Shown in pieces: positions 29,142 to 41,361 of a stretch of 64,000 bases of DNA. The position numbers and the translations under genes are program-made. The notes beneath the pieces were generated by a model that had not been told where the DNA came from, made no database searches, and saw nothing but the letters and a program-made list of their open reading frames with translations. The stretch's first letter is position 1. Each line of letters opens with the position of its first letter. Source of the DNA: Nitrospirales bacterium (lineage in GTDB: Bacteria; Nitrospirota; Nitrospiria; Nitrospirales; UBA8639); assembly GCA_965203295.1 (NCBI GenBank), contig CBDBCZ010000014.1, positions 64,001-128,000 of the forward strand. Reading direction: 5' to 3'.

Positions 29142-29743
29142 TTAGTCAATTAGCCCATGCACCTGGCACGCGCCATGTGCATGAGGATACTTGTGGGTTT
29201 AATGGGACTAGGTCACAGCTAGAAGTTAAATCGTGGGTTACGTATAAAATATTACGTATATACCCTACAGTATGTCCTGCATATATGTCAGCTAGTAGGA
29301 CCCTCTCAGGCAAATTGAGAGAGCTGGTATGTTAACGAAGATCTGGACTTGAGCCGTGGGGTGTTGTGTGGGCTATATAGCTAGTAGCACTTACAGCTAG
29401 GGTCACTTGTTGTTTTAGACCCTATATAGCTGTCCGTACAGCAAAATCACAGTGGTATGTATATATATAGCCTATCGTTGTCAAAACAATTCATCAGCAA
29501 TGAAATAATTATCAATTATTGCATATATATAGCTAAACTGCAAATATAATGCTTGATTAAAGCTAGTGTTTGCCAACAATTGTTATGGAATGCTATTGTT
29601 ATACCTTATATGGCATGTTGTGTAGTTGGAGGGTTGCTTGCTGCAACTGTTACAGTGGCATTCTAAAGTAGCTAGGTTCAACCAGTTAGTTAAATTCTGG
29701 ATGTGAAGTGGTAGCTAGCTAACTAGTGTAGCTAGCTTGCTAT

Positions 29744-30385
29744 ATGGAGCCCAGTAAAACAGAGATGGTAAGGCTCCACCTGGGATGTGGGAAGAGATAT
29801 CTCCCTGGATTCATTCATGTGGACCTGCTCCCATACGATCATATTGACTACAACTGCGATGTATCTGACATGAAGGATGTGTTTTCTGACAGAGTTGCAG
29901 ATGAGGTCTATGCATGTCACATCCTAGAGCACATTCCGAGGTGCAAGACACTTTCTGTTCTCAGTGAATGGAACCGTGTCCTTAAGGAGGGAGGCCTACT
30001 ACGAGTCTGTGTTCCTGATTTCCAAGCTGTGGTGAAGCAGTATCAACAGACAAGAAACTTGTCTGAACTAGAGGGCATCCTAAATGGTGGACAGAGAGAT
30101 CAGCTGGATTATCATCAAATGACTTTCGACTTACCTCTGCTCCAGTGCTTTCTTGAGGATGCTGGTTTCAACAACGTGCAACGCTATAATTGGAGGGAGT
30201 TCCTTCCAAAGGGCTATGATGACTACAGTCGCTCATACCTTCCCCACATGGATGAAACTGGGACGCTCATGTCTCTGAATGTTATTGCAACAAAGCATGA
30301 AACTCCAAGAAGCAAGCCTTCAGAAAGAGTTTGCTTTGCCATGGGCATACATCATCCTCCAGACATTCATGCATCGGCAAACTAA
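29744..30385 (+). CDS. Class I SAM-dependent methyltransferase (Methyltransf_11-like), 213 aa, intronless, bacterial-type
   Basis: Motif I RLHLGCG, acidic residue in IHVD, ADEVYACHILEHI, EWNRVLKEGGLLRVCVPDF, LEDAGF and C-terminal DDYSRSYLPHMD..GTLMSLNV. Uninterrupted ORF from ATG to TAA. Confidence 0.9.
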   Translation: MEPSKTEMVRLHLGCGKRYLPGFIHVDLLPYDHIDYNCDVSDMKDVFSDRVADEVYACHILEHIPRCKTLSVLSEWNRVLKEGGLLRVCVPDFQAVVKQYQQTRNLSELEGILNGGQRDQLDYHQMTFDLPLLQCFLEDAGFNNVQRYNWREFLPKGYDDYSRSYLPHMDETGTLMSLNVIATKHETPRSKPSERVCFAMGIHHPPDIHASAN

Positions 30386-30865
30386 CTCTGAACGGATTGT
30401 TACAGTAATCAATTACCATCGTTAGCTATTAATACGTTCACTATAATTTCAAGACTTATGTACAAACAATTATGTGGTACTGGAATTCTATTATGTTGGT
30501 ACTGTGACATCATTACGATTATGATCATCTTCTGTTCATTCATTCATTCATATAATTATACATTGTCGAACTAACTCTGAACATCGTTATTGGAGTTGAC
30601 AGCACACTACCCTGTAAAAAAGGATTGTTTTAATCTAACTAGGGTTAAGCTAATCTTAGTTGCAGCTGCACTGCCAAACAATGCAGCTTTAATACACTCA
30701 CTACATGTAATAATTGTTTGTTGCGATACACAGTAGCAGCTGATTTCTTGGAGTGACCACAGGAGTGCTAACTCTCCGAGAAAAAAAAGCACTATCATGA
30801 ATTGTTTATGGTATCCCTGAGTAAAGTGATTTTATTGCACTGCACTTACTGCACATTTTCTGGTA

Positions 30866-31198
30866 CACTGCAAAAATAAAGTGGTTGCAGGGTTTTAACC
30901 CATGCACATAAGGTTACCTCAGTTGCAGCCCCAGTACCAAAGAATGTGCAGTTACGTTCAGTGCAGTGCAGTAAGATCACTTTACTTGAAAGCCAAGCTA
31001 GATCAGCTTTATTAGGTGCATGGGATAGAAATGGGTTGGTACAAAATATGTTGTTAAGTGTCCTAATGGGTCTTTCCTTCCTTCTGAATTTGGAGAAATA
31101 GGGTGGTAAAGTGATCCACTTATTTATATTGTTTTGTATACTGCAACTGAGATATCCCTAGCTGGTTTAAAGCATGCAACCCTTTGAGTTTTGCAGTG
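30866..31198. mobile_element. Non-autonomous TIR element with CACTG termini (EnSpm/CACTA-like); diverged copy at ~32539-32870
   Basis: ta-cactgcaaaa ... ttttgcagtg-ca; internal similarity (ccaaagaatg..cagttacgt, ctgcaactgagatat) to 32539-32830. Confidence 0.55.
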
Positions 31199-31216
31199 CA
31201 TATTTCCTTAATAATG

Positions 31217-32945
31217 AAGGGCCTAGAACCAAAGTGGTCTAACCCACATAATTGACTTTACCTCTAAGCTCCCAAACTTGAGAATACTCTTAAAATGTGT
31301 GGCTACTTAGCTAAGTTTGAGAATTTACCATTTTTTGGTCTGCTCATAATGTATGATGTTGGTACATTAAGCCTACATGTAAGTTTTGGTATTCAATTTA
31401 TGATTTGCCAGACACATATATACTTTGGCTCAAAATGTTTGTGCCCTGGCTCAAACTCTTGTGTACCAACAATTGTGTTGTAGAGGAATTTTATTATACA
31501 CTTGGTGTGCATCTCAATTAGGCTTTCTGCATAGCTATAATTTCTTTAATACCTGGAATCTCCTCTGTTTATAGAATAGACTAAGGAAAGCCACACCAAT
31601 GGTGTCATTCAGCAGGTTTCTTGGAAATATACGATTGCAATAAAGCTGATGTGAAGCCAGACGTATTTTCCATATTGCTGAGTGTACTTCAGAGGGTGTA
31701 CGTAGGCGTACTCTTACTGGCTTGCAATTGCACACCCAAAAGGCTTCAGCATGCATTGCGAAAACACATTTGGGGCAAGTGCAGCATGACTCAGCTAGAT
31801 AATTGATAATATGAAGAGCCGAGAACCTCGGAGTGGGTCAACCCAACATTATGCCTTCTGAGCACGACCGAAAATGGTAAAATCTGAAAAATTAGGTAGC
31901 CTCTGAAACACATTAAGAATGTTCTCAAGTTTGAGAAAGGGAAAATCAATTTTGTTGGTTAGACCACTCTGGTTCTTGGCCCATCAACAGGGTTGAGAAC
32001 CAGAGAGGTCTAACCCCGAAAATGGAACCAACCCCCCCCCCCCCCCCCCCCCCCCCAAAAAAAACTTGAGACAAAAGTTGTTTTGACTGCTTATGGGATA
32101 CATATATTGTAGGTTTCTGAGGATGGAGGTAGGATTCATGCCTCAGAGTGGTGTTTTGTTTTGAGGTTTGCAATTTCATATGAATTATGTAAAATTGTGA
32201 GTCTCAACATATAAAATGGAGAAGGTTGCAGACACCTTCTCCAGTTGTTATGTTGAGTCCCATGTTATACATGTAGTAGATGAAAGACTCACAAAAATGT
32301 CAAGTATTGTAGCAAAAGTTACAAAATACCACTTCTAAGACTTGGAATGTGTTTACAAATTCGTTATTATAGATAATCAATAGAACATGGATTTGGGGGT
32401 CAATTAGAATAAATCGTAGGGTTGAAAACCAATACCGAAAAGCAAGTGCTAAAATTGCACAAAAAATAAACTTGATACTTTATGAGCACATCACCAAGTT
32501 TGGCAAGGATATGTTTGTTTTTTGTACTTGTATTCTCTACACTGCAACAATAAATTGAGTGGTTACTGTTCAGCAATATAGGGTTATAGCTCAGTTACAC
32601 CTTGGCACCAAAGAATGCACAGTTACGTGCAGAGCAGCAGAGCATTTTATTCAGGGAACTCAAGCTAACAGTTTTTTTTTTTTTTTGGGGGGGTGGGGGA
32701 ACCAGGTCGGTACAAGAGACGCATTGGTAACGGTCCTAATAGACCTCACATTCCTTCAAAAATCAGAGAAATCTGCTGGTAAAGCGGTCAACTTGTCTAC
32801 ACATTTTGTAGACTGCAACTGAGATATGCATTCCATAGGTTACAGAAACCTTTCTACTTTTGTATTTTTGTGGATTAGACCACAGAGTAATCTTGAGTAT
32901 GGGTATATTTCTATGGGTCAGAACACTCCGGTTCTTGGTCCTTCA
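31217..32945. mobile_element. Two adjacent decayed TIR elements of one family (~31217-31985 and ~31989-32945)
   Basis: Left ends gaagggcctagaaccaaagtggtctaacc and agggttgagaaccagagaggtctaacc; inverted right ends ggttagaccactctggttcttggcccatc and ggtcagaacactccggttcttggtccttc. Superfamily not determined. Confidence 0.55.
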
Positions 32946-33039
32946 ATTACTATATCATGTATGTACTGGTATCAGGGTTTATGTACCATGCAGTAGGAGT
33001 AACCCAATCAGTTTAGTCAGTTGCAATCTAGTAAACGTG

Positions 33040-33470
33040 GTGACAGCCCCTCCCCCTCCTCACTTGGCAACAGCCCCTCCCCCTCCTCACTTGGCCACAG
33101 CCCCTCCCCCTCCTCACTTGGCCACAGCCACTTCTCCCCCATTGGGACACAGCCACTCCCTTCCTCATTTGGCTACAGCCACTCCTTCCCTCTTCACAGA
33201 CACTCCCCTTCTCACTTTACCATAGCCGCTACTCCCCTCCCCGCCTCCAGACACAGCCATTCCCCTCCTCACATAACCTCAGCCACTCCCCCTCCTCACT
33301 TGACCACAGCCACTCCCCCTCCCCATTTGGCTACAGCCATTCCCCCTCCTCACCCAACAGCAGCCACTCCCCCTCCTCACTTAACCTCAGCCACTCCCCC
33401 TCCTCACTCAACTGCAGCCGCAACTCCCCTCCTCACTTGACCACAGCCGCTACTCTTCCTTCCCCCCGGC
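33040..33470. repeat. C-rich minisatellite, 27-bp unit (cacttggccacagcccctccccctcct), ~15 degenerate copies
   Basis: Directly visible tandem periodicity. Confidence 0.9.
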
Positions 33471-33489
33471 ACTGGAAAAGGCAATGGAG

Positions 33490-34300
33490 CAAGGCATCGG
33501 GCAGGGAATCGGGCATCAGGCTCGGCAATGAGCCAGGGCATTGGGCCAGGTATCGGGCCGAGCATTGGGATGGGCATCGGGCCAGGCGTCAGGCTGAGAT
33601 CGGGTTGAGCATAGGTGCTGGGCCAGGCTTCAGGCCAGGCATCGAGCTGGGCATAGGGTCAGGTGCTAGGCCAGGCTTCAGGCCAGGCATCGAGCTGGGC
33701 ATAGGGTCAGGTGCTGGGCCAGGCTACAGGCCAGGCATCGAGCTGGGCATAGGGTCAGGTGCTGGGCCAGGCTTCAGGCCAGGCATCGAGCTGGGCATAG
33801 GGTCAGGTGCTGGGCCAGGCTACAGGCCAGGCATCGAGCTGGGCATAGGGTCAGGTGCTGGGCCAGGCTTCAGGCCAGGCATCGAGCTGGGCATAGGGTC
33901 AGGTGCTGGGCCAGGCATCGAGCTGGGCATCAGGCCAGGCATTGGGCTGGGTGTCATGCTGGGTGTCAGGCTGGTCATCTGGTTGGGCATCGGTTCAGGC
34001 GTCAGGTTAGGTGTCCGGTTGGGTGTCAGGTATCGAGCTGGGCATTGGGTCGGGTGTCAGACTGGGAATAAGGCTGAGGATTGAGTTGGGCATCGGGCCA
34101 GGTGTCAAGCCAGTTGTCGGGCCAGGCATCGGGAAGGTGGTTAGTCTGGGCGTCAGGCTGGGCATCAGGCAAGGCGTCGGGTCGGGCATCGGGCTAGGCA
34201 TTGGGCTAGGTGTCCAGCTGGGCATCGGGACAGACGTTGGGATGGTGTTGGGTTAGGCATTAGGTTGGGCCTCGGGCCAGGCGTTCAGCCGGGCATTGCA
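33490..34300. repeat. G-rich minisatellite with 12-bp subunit and a homogeneous 48-bp higher-order unit (ccaggcttcagg ccaggcatcgag ctgggcataggg tcaggtgctggg, ~6 copies at ~33623-33911)
   Basis: Directly visible; yields the low-complexity ORF (GIELGIGSGAGPG[FY]RP)n. Confidence 0.9.
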
Positions 34301-34511
34301 CCGTTTAGCCACCGTCATCAGTTAGAATGCACATCTCAACTGTGAAAAAACAAGGAAGGGGCTGGTATGAATTTATTTTTGTTTACTGTTATGGTACCTA
34401 AAATGTATGAATATGTAGAGAAATAGATCTGCCCACACAACCGTACAGGTATGCATATGTTCACGTATACAAGAATAAATAAGTACATTGTATATAAAAC
34501 TAGTGAATACT

Positions 34512-34672
34512 GAGCATAGTGGGGCGAGCGTCATGCCATTGAAATAGGTATTTGAAGTATTTGCGGTATTATAGGACCATGCATCCGTACGCACGCACGC
34601 ACGCACGCACGCACAGACAAAATCGCCATTCACAACACTAAGGGGGGGGGCTCGCTCACGCTCGCCCCAATA
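34512..34672. repeat. Interspersed repeat shared with ~45597-45937
   Basis: Both start gca(t/w)wgtggggcgagcgt and end cgcacagacaaa...ggggctcgctcacgctc.cccaat. Confidence 0.55.
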
Positions 34673-35302
34673 ACAACACTCATGGCAGGAGAGATGGTAA
34701 CAGTGTCCATATTACATGTACAGTATCCACCCAGAGGAGGAATGGAGCAAGGCCCTAAGCCATTGTCAATAACGCATGATGTCATGTATACGTAATAGCA
34801 TCTACTGAGACAGTATGCAAAGGTATACGGTATCTGGCCTAAAGAAAGTGTCGTCGCTCTACAACCTTTGAGGGGACGGGTGGGAACGCCTCCTTAAAAA
34901 CCTTGGCTTCCAAGTATGGAGGTGTGCTGCAGGCTTGAATGTAGTGGATTCTCAGTGAGAATTGCAAAATAATACTATGGTAATTAAGGTAGCGGTTTTA
35001 CAACTCAGTTTTTAGCTATTTTACTTTGAAATCTGCTAAACTACACAAGATCACTTGTGGAGCGGCTATTACTGCTCCTCTCTGCCCAAATAACTAATTG
35101 CATTCCACTACAGCACACTGATCACTTCCAACTTCCTGTGATACTCACAAGAGCTGTTATCACCAGCAGGAAGTTACTGAGTTGGCTTCCCACAACTCAA
35201 TTACTGACTCTGTAAGAGTGGGCGACAGTTCTGGTTTACCACTTAGCTGAAGAATATTCCTTCCTTAATTAGTATAGTTCTCGGGTGGCTCTGGTATAAT
35301 AA

Positions 35303-35692
35303 TTCGGAACGGTTCTCACATTACCACCCACGGATCAAACTAAACTAATCTGTACGATCTCAAACACTGGCAGTGCACTTCAACTTCACGCGTCTGATCA
35401 CTAATTATCCATGCTCACTACAGCTGTGCCGTCAGAGCCCCGTTAGGAGCCGACAGCATGGGTAATTAGTGATCAGACGCGTGAAGTTGAAGTGCACTGC
35501 CAGTGTTCGAGATTGTACAGATTAGTTTTGATTACTCTGTGAGCTAACTGTAGCAGGGACTACTATGGTAGCCTGCTACCTGGCAGAGTGCGGTTGCCAA
35601 CTGATGAGTCCCACCGCAATAGAAATAAGGGACGAAAGGTACCTTTTGGCTGTCTGATCCATGGGTGGTAATGTGAGAACCGTTCCAAATAT
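35303..35692. mobile_element. ~390-bp foldback element with nested inverted repeats
   Basis: Inner arms ~35342-35415 / 35457-35529 (~72 bp, near-perfect). Outer arms ggaacggttctcacattaccaccca / tgggtggtaatgtgagaaccgttcc. Confidence 0.75.
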
Positions 35693-36362
35693 TCCTTCCT
35701 GTGTCAAAGTTTGATATAGCATAATGTATGTCTGAAGTTAGGTATAGTATATAGTACAGTGCCACTACGTAATTCAACAAAATTTACGAAGATGAGAGAT
35801 TTGCACCGTGTTCCCCGAAAGGTCGACGTTTGTCACCCAGAGATAAAAGCACCAAATGGAGCAAGTAGGTCATAGTTTATCAGTAAAACTAGTTCAGCAT
35901 TCCAGTGGAGGCATTTGGTAGAGTAGTAACACAGGACTACGGGTGTACAGCCTGTTACGTACATGTATACAGAAGCCATTCATTTCTATTAGAACAGGAA
36001 GTGCAGGAATTTATATACATTACTGCCCAACAACAACCATACTTTAGGCAAGCACATGCAGCGATACTGAATTTGAGTGATATTTTAGGGTATCGGCTGT
36101 ACACAAACAAATTCACATCTTGGTGCACATGTTCAAAGCACTGATCTACCGACAATTTCCGAGGAGGAAACTGTTCACGATTTGGTCATGCTGAACATTT
36201 TACAGAAATGAATTCGCGGACTGCTAAGGATTCATGATACATGTGGCCCTGCTGCATAGCGCAAAACACTTCGTGAACTTAATAAGACACAGCTACGAAA
36301 ATTGTCAATTTTTCTTGCACCCCGAAATTTGGTGCTATAAACAATTACCTTTTATGTAATAT

Positions 36363-36890
36363 TTTAGATACCAGTTGGCAGTGCATTATGAGATTTAGTT
36401 AGTGCACGAGGACAATTACCTTTACCAACCAATGACGCATATATGCGTCATGAGCTCCCATAAGCCCATATGAATTTATATGGGGGTTAATACTAGGCGT
36501 TAATACTTTGTACAGGCTTTTCTGCTTCTTTAAGCTGTTTCTTATGGTTGGTAAAGGGTTAAGTAACGGTCGAGGGCGGATAGTGCATGAGCCGAAGGCG
36601 AGTGCATTATCCGCTCGAGATCGTTACTTAATTGTCCAAGCGAACTAACCAGTCCCGTAATGCACTGCCAACTGGTATCTAAAGTATTTAGTTCACTCAC
36701 TGACCTGAGACAGCCACAGTTCTGTTGGGCGTTATTTAGAAAAAGTGTGCACTAAGTTATTAATGCACGCTTAAGTGTGCATTAACAACTTAGTGCACAC
36801 TTCCGTGTACATTAAGCGATATAATGCGCGGTCATGTGATCGATTTTGAGACTTCTGATTCGTCGAAGGTCACATGAGTAGCACTATAAA
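36363..36890. mobile_element. Foldback element with terminal hairpin (loop gccgaaggc) and a second internal hairpin, interrupted by a TTAA MITE
   Basis: tttagataccagttggcagtgcatta...taatgcactgccaactggtatctaaa (36363-36683); second palindrome 36742-36802. Confidence 0.7.
36416..36562. mobile_element. piggyBac-like TTAA MITE (~145 bp); reverse copy at ~37494-37637
   Basis: TIR cctttaccaacca / tggttggtaaaggg followed by ttaa; it splits the left arm of the host hairpin. Confidence 0.7.
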
Positions 36891-37677
36891 CATGTATATG
36901 CTGGTCCATTAATCACCCCTGCCCCCTAACACACACAGGCTGGAGGACAAGGGATGGTCTCAGCAACCTTTAATTCACACACAGAGCTTTTTCTGCATGT
37001 GTGTGAATTAAAGTCTCTTTGTGAATTAATTAACTCTTTGAACGCCATGGGCACATTTATGTACCCATATAAAATAGAAAAAAAGTACCTTATGTTAACG
37101 CCTAATATAATATGCCAATATAAATTCTCATTAGTTTTATGGATGTATTAAAACTCGGCTGGGAAAGAGATAAAGTCTCTTTGTTCTGCATGAGTGCTGC
37201 CGAAAAAAAATTTCCACTATTTTATAATAAAAATGCTTTCAAACTAATATGGAATTTGCAATAATTATGTTCCATTTCAATTAGCAATGAATTGAATAGC
37301 AAAACGCAGCGAGATGCCACAGAAACACCAATGCTTCCAGCTGTTCAACATTTTCAGAAAGGCCCACCTTCTAAAAAAAGCATCCTTACACTTAGAATAG
37401 TTTAAAATTATGAAATACTAGTGGTGCCTTAATTACTATATGCAGTTACCAGATGATACGACCGCCCTGAAATAAGGACACCTCTATACTAATAACCCTT
37501 TACCAACCATACAAAACAGTTTAAAGAAGCAGAAAAACTTGTACAAAATATTAACACCTAGTACTAAAACCCCCATATATAGCTAGGTTTTGGGAGCTCA
37601 TGACGCGTATATGCGTCATTGGTGGGTAAAGAGTTAATTAAGGACACTTTGCTATATACATGTATGTCCCAAATATG

Positions 37678-37820
37678 TTAACCCTTTCACCGGTGTAGCC
37701 TCCATATAGAGGCAAGGAAGTACAAAAAAGCCTATACTTTATATTGACGCCTAATATAAAAAGCCCATATAAATTGATATGGGCCTTATGGGAGCGAGAA
37801 TCCACCGGTGAAAGGGTTAA
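37678..37820. mobile_element. piggyBac-like MITE with intact TTAA TSD
   Basis: ttaa-ccctttcaccggtg ... caccggtgaaaggg-ttaa. Confidence 0.8.
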
Positions 37821-39454
37821 CACTGAAATTAGAGCACCTCTCTAAACAGGGCAATACACCAGATCCCCAAGGTGTCCACAATAAAGGGGTTCCTGAAATG
37901 AGAACACCTAGCTCTCTATACAGGGCACTACACCAGGTCCCCAAGGTGGAAGATTGGAGGTATGTGTTCTACTGTAAGTGTGTACATTACAGCATGTGTC
38001 AGTACATAAACTCATTCTGATGGTTAATGGTGTAGCAACACTGACAGACTAAACAACCACGCCAGCATTTGCACTTTTTACAGCTGTGACTACCAGAGGA
38101 GGTTGAACATGCAGTAATTAACTTTAATATACATTACCATGGCAACCACTCTTTCCCATGCTTATACTGCAGCACTCAAAGGAGGCCACATACAGGGATC
38201 ATTGCTATACCAATGTATATTAAATATGTTAAAGGACAGTTTGGGTGAGTGGTTAAACTCCCTTCACCCAAACTGCCCTTTAACTATTATTTAATGCATG
38301 CAGTCACATGACACTTCATTACATTCATGTTGCATTCCAGCTTGCAATAATAGCCCCCTGAAAGTCGCAACGCTATGCTACAGAGTACTGATTAAAGCTA
38401 CGTAGGTAAATGTCAAAAAAGAGGTAGCAAGCAAGCACTGAAATGACCATTCAGCATTTCGAAGGATTCTGTGTGATTCTGTGGTGTCAGAGGTGTGACC
38501 AGCCTGAGCGAAGAAACTGGTATACACATACCAGTAAATCTATATTATGCTCGAATCTCATTGAGTATACATGTACACATTTCTGATAAACCTTGAGGAA
38601 CAGGCATGGTCTGACTAGCTTGTACTACAGTTACTGGCTGCAGTAGTGGTGAGTTTAGCCATTTTGGCACTCCAATGGGGCATCGTACGATCAAGGTACT
38701 GCCATTTATATTCACTCATCTTGCTAACTGAAATTAAGCAAAAAAAGCTAATTTCTTGCTACCACTACTTCTAGTACGTACATGCATGTGAGAACAGTGT
38801 AATCTATATACTACATTCTCTGTGTCTTCAGCTTAACACAGCTATGTATATTTCTTTGTAGCGTGTGTGGTCAACAAAAGTGCCAACAGTACAATATTAT
38901 AGATAGACTGTAATGTAATGAAGTGAAATGGCAGGTTGGGGGAGTAAGCTACATGTAGCTACTGCTACATTGCGTTAAATGACAGCAGCTATAGCTGATC
39001 AGTACTACAAGATCACAACTAACAAGAAAAGCTGGCTGGTTCAGTTGTCGTTCCCCTAGTCCCATGCCCAGCCGCACGTTAGCAAGGTGGGTATGGCATT
39101 GGAGCAGCGATACATCACCAAACAGATGTCACAATTACAGTATCCATACATGTGGCCACTACTATGGCCTACTGCAACTGTATTATCTGTTTGGTGATGT
39201 AATACTATAATCAACCAATCACAATGCCTGTTCGGAACTGGGACCGCTGATGTAATGCCGCCCCAACTTTGAATATACAGGGCGCCAGACCCACCTTTCT
39301 GATATGGGGCACAAGACTACATCAGCTACAGCCAAACTGGCTAGCCAGTACACCACATCACATTCCCCTGAAACCTAGTGGGCATACCCCAATTAGCACA
39401 CACAATTATTTCCCTCTGTATTTCATTCCTTACAGAGGCTTCCACTGTTATCGC

Positions 39455-39627
39455 AGCCAGACAGCTAGATACCTACATGTGACTTTAACCCTTTGGCTTC
39501 CTAGATTTGTGAATATTATTAGTCAGCCAGACAGCTAGATACCTACATGTGACTTTAACCCTTTGGCTTCCTAGATTTGTGAATATTATTAGTCAGCCAT
39601 ACAGCTAGATACCTACGTACATGTGAC
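39455..39627. repeat. 70-bp tandem duplication (~2.4 copies)
   Basis: cagacagctagatacctacatgtgactttaaccctttggcttcctagatttgtgaatattattagtcagc repeated exactly. Confidence 0.9.
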
Positions 39628-40307
39628 TGTGAATACAACAGGGGAAGTCGCTCTGTAGTCAAAGCTGCTCAGCAGGGAGTGGTCTCAATGATCAGTAGCC
39701 TCATTCCCAGGCCTCCACACAGCTTTTGTTGCTAAATGATCAGAGCATGCTCAAGAATACAGTCAATATTGACAACGGCAGGTCGCAGCTAGTGCGGAAA
39801 GGGTGGGCGTGTACGCACTCTGTAGTTACCCTGCGCGCGTATGCGCAAGCGGGGTTAAGTAATCAGTTTTGTCCATCTGTCGTCGTTGTCTTTCATAAAA
39901 ATTTTGAAAAATCTCTCTAACGGGCGATTTAGAGGCTATAACAACTTCTAAACAGGAGGTTAACGCTGAAATCCGTGATACATTACCTAGTCTGTACCTG
40001 ATATAGTAGAAAGCGGTTTTATTCTCGGCATTTCCACGCTGTTTCTGATTATCAGTGTGTTCCACCATTTTTTTTTAATACGGCAGTTGGTCACGCCTAC
40101 AGCTTGAATACGGACATACGCGAGCCCTCGAGTATGGTATACGAGTCTTTTATTCAACATGGAGCTTAGAAGAGATACTTAGATAGAGAGCATACTGGAG
40201 TATACGAAGAGAAACGCATGTATCATTACTACGGCGATCAGCCACGCCTACAGCTCACATATGGCATTACAGTCTGCAGGGTCCAGGAGCGCGGGGTATG
40301 TCTCTGC

Positions 40308-40870
40308 TAGTCTCGTGCCCAGCCCATCGCTCCTCCCCCTCGCCAGACGGTCTGGGCCGCGAAGTCGAATTCCTTGGGTTTATTCCCGGAATGTGGTAAA
40401 GACCAATGAGATCGCAGGATTTGTAATTATTACGTTTTGGAATGATATTACAGAACGATAAAATGGCGACGTTTGAATTTTTTGTCAAGATTTGGCAGCG
40501 GTTTGGATGAAGTAGCAGGTGACGCTAATTTATATGCTGCTTAGAAGTTTTAGCAACTACAATCTCGGTGAAAGAAGGGCTAGTTGAAGATCAACCCAAG
40601 GTATTTCTGCGGGTAAAGCAAGACTATATTTTTGTACTTGTACTGTACAATTTTGTGACTTTGCAGCTGAGAGTTGCTTTCTACACGAACGAATACACAG
40701 GAGAGCTCATAGAGAGTACGTTGTTTGACATGTACCTCTGTATACAAGCATTTCACACTTCAACTATTTAATTAACGTGCTCGTTGCTCCGCCCATAAAC
40801 CCAAGAAATTCGACTTCGCGGGCCAGACCGTCTGAGCGAGGGGAGGAGCGACGGTCTGGGCACGAGACTA
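40308..40870. mobile_element. 563-bp non-autonomous TIR transposon with ~75-bp TIRs and 9-bp TSD, inserted in the 3' hairpin of a Helitron-like repeat
   Basis: tgtctctgc [tagtctcgtgcccag...ctgggcacgagacta] tgtctctgc; removing it restores atgtctctgctagagacc. Confidence 0.9.
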
Positions 40871-41361
40871 TGTCTCTGCTAGAGACCTCTAGTTTGTTAC
40901 TGAAGACCTTTTCTTTTGCAGTTATCGACTTGGATCAATTGGCAGGCTTTAGAAGTTTCTCATACAATCGACGGGTCAAATTGTTCAGTGATCAAACATC
41001 AAAATCTGCATGGTCGACACAGCTAGTCTTGCAAAGTCACACCCTCTTGGTGTGGCTTGGAGAGACTATGGCCAATGGTCGAACCACTGAAAACAGCTAG
41101 TCAAAGTTTTGAACTGCACTTGCAGCTGTGAGTACAGAGCTTATCACCCCCTGTACATCATATTTAGCCTTAACGTACATTACCATGGCAACCACTTTTT
41201 CCCACGCTTATAGATCACTCAAAGGAGGCCACATACAGGGATCATTGCTATACCAATGTACATTAAATCAGTTAAAGGTCAGTTTGGGTAAGGGGTTAAA
41301 ATCCTCGGCTTCACCTTGGTCTTTAAATTCCCCTCACCCAAACTGACCTTTAACTATTACA

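Noticed and set aside
33623..33911. CRISPR-like array
   Set aside because: Units are contiguous with no unique spacers, there are no cas genes, and the context is eukaryotic.
33021..34256. Pro-rich and Gly-rich ORFs as collagen/mucin/silk-like genes
   Set aside because: Open frames follow from repeat periods divisible by 3; no signal peptide, clear splice context or Gly-X-Y pattern.
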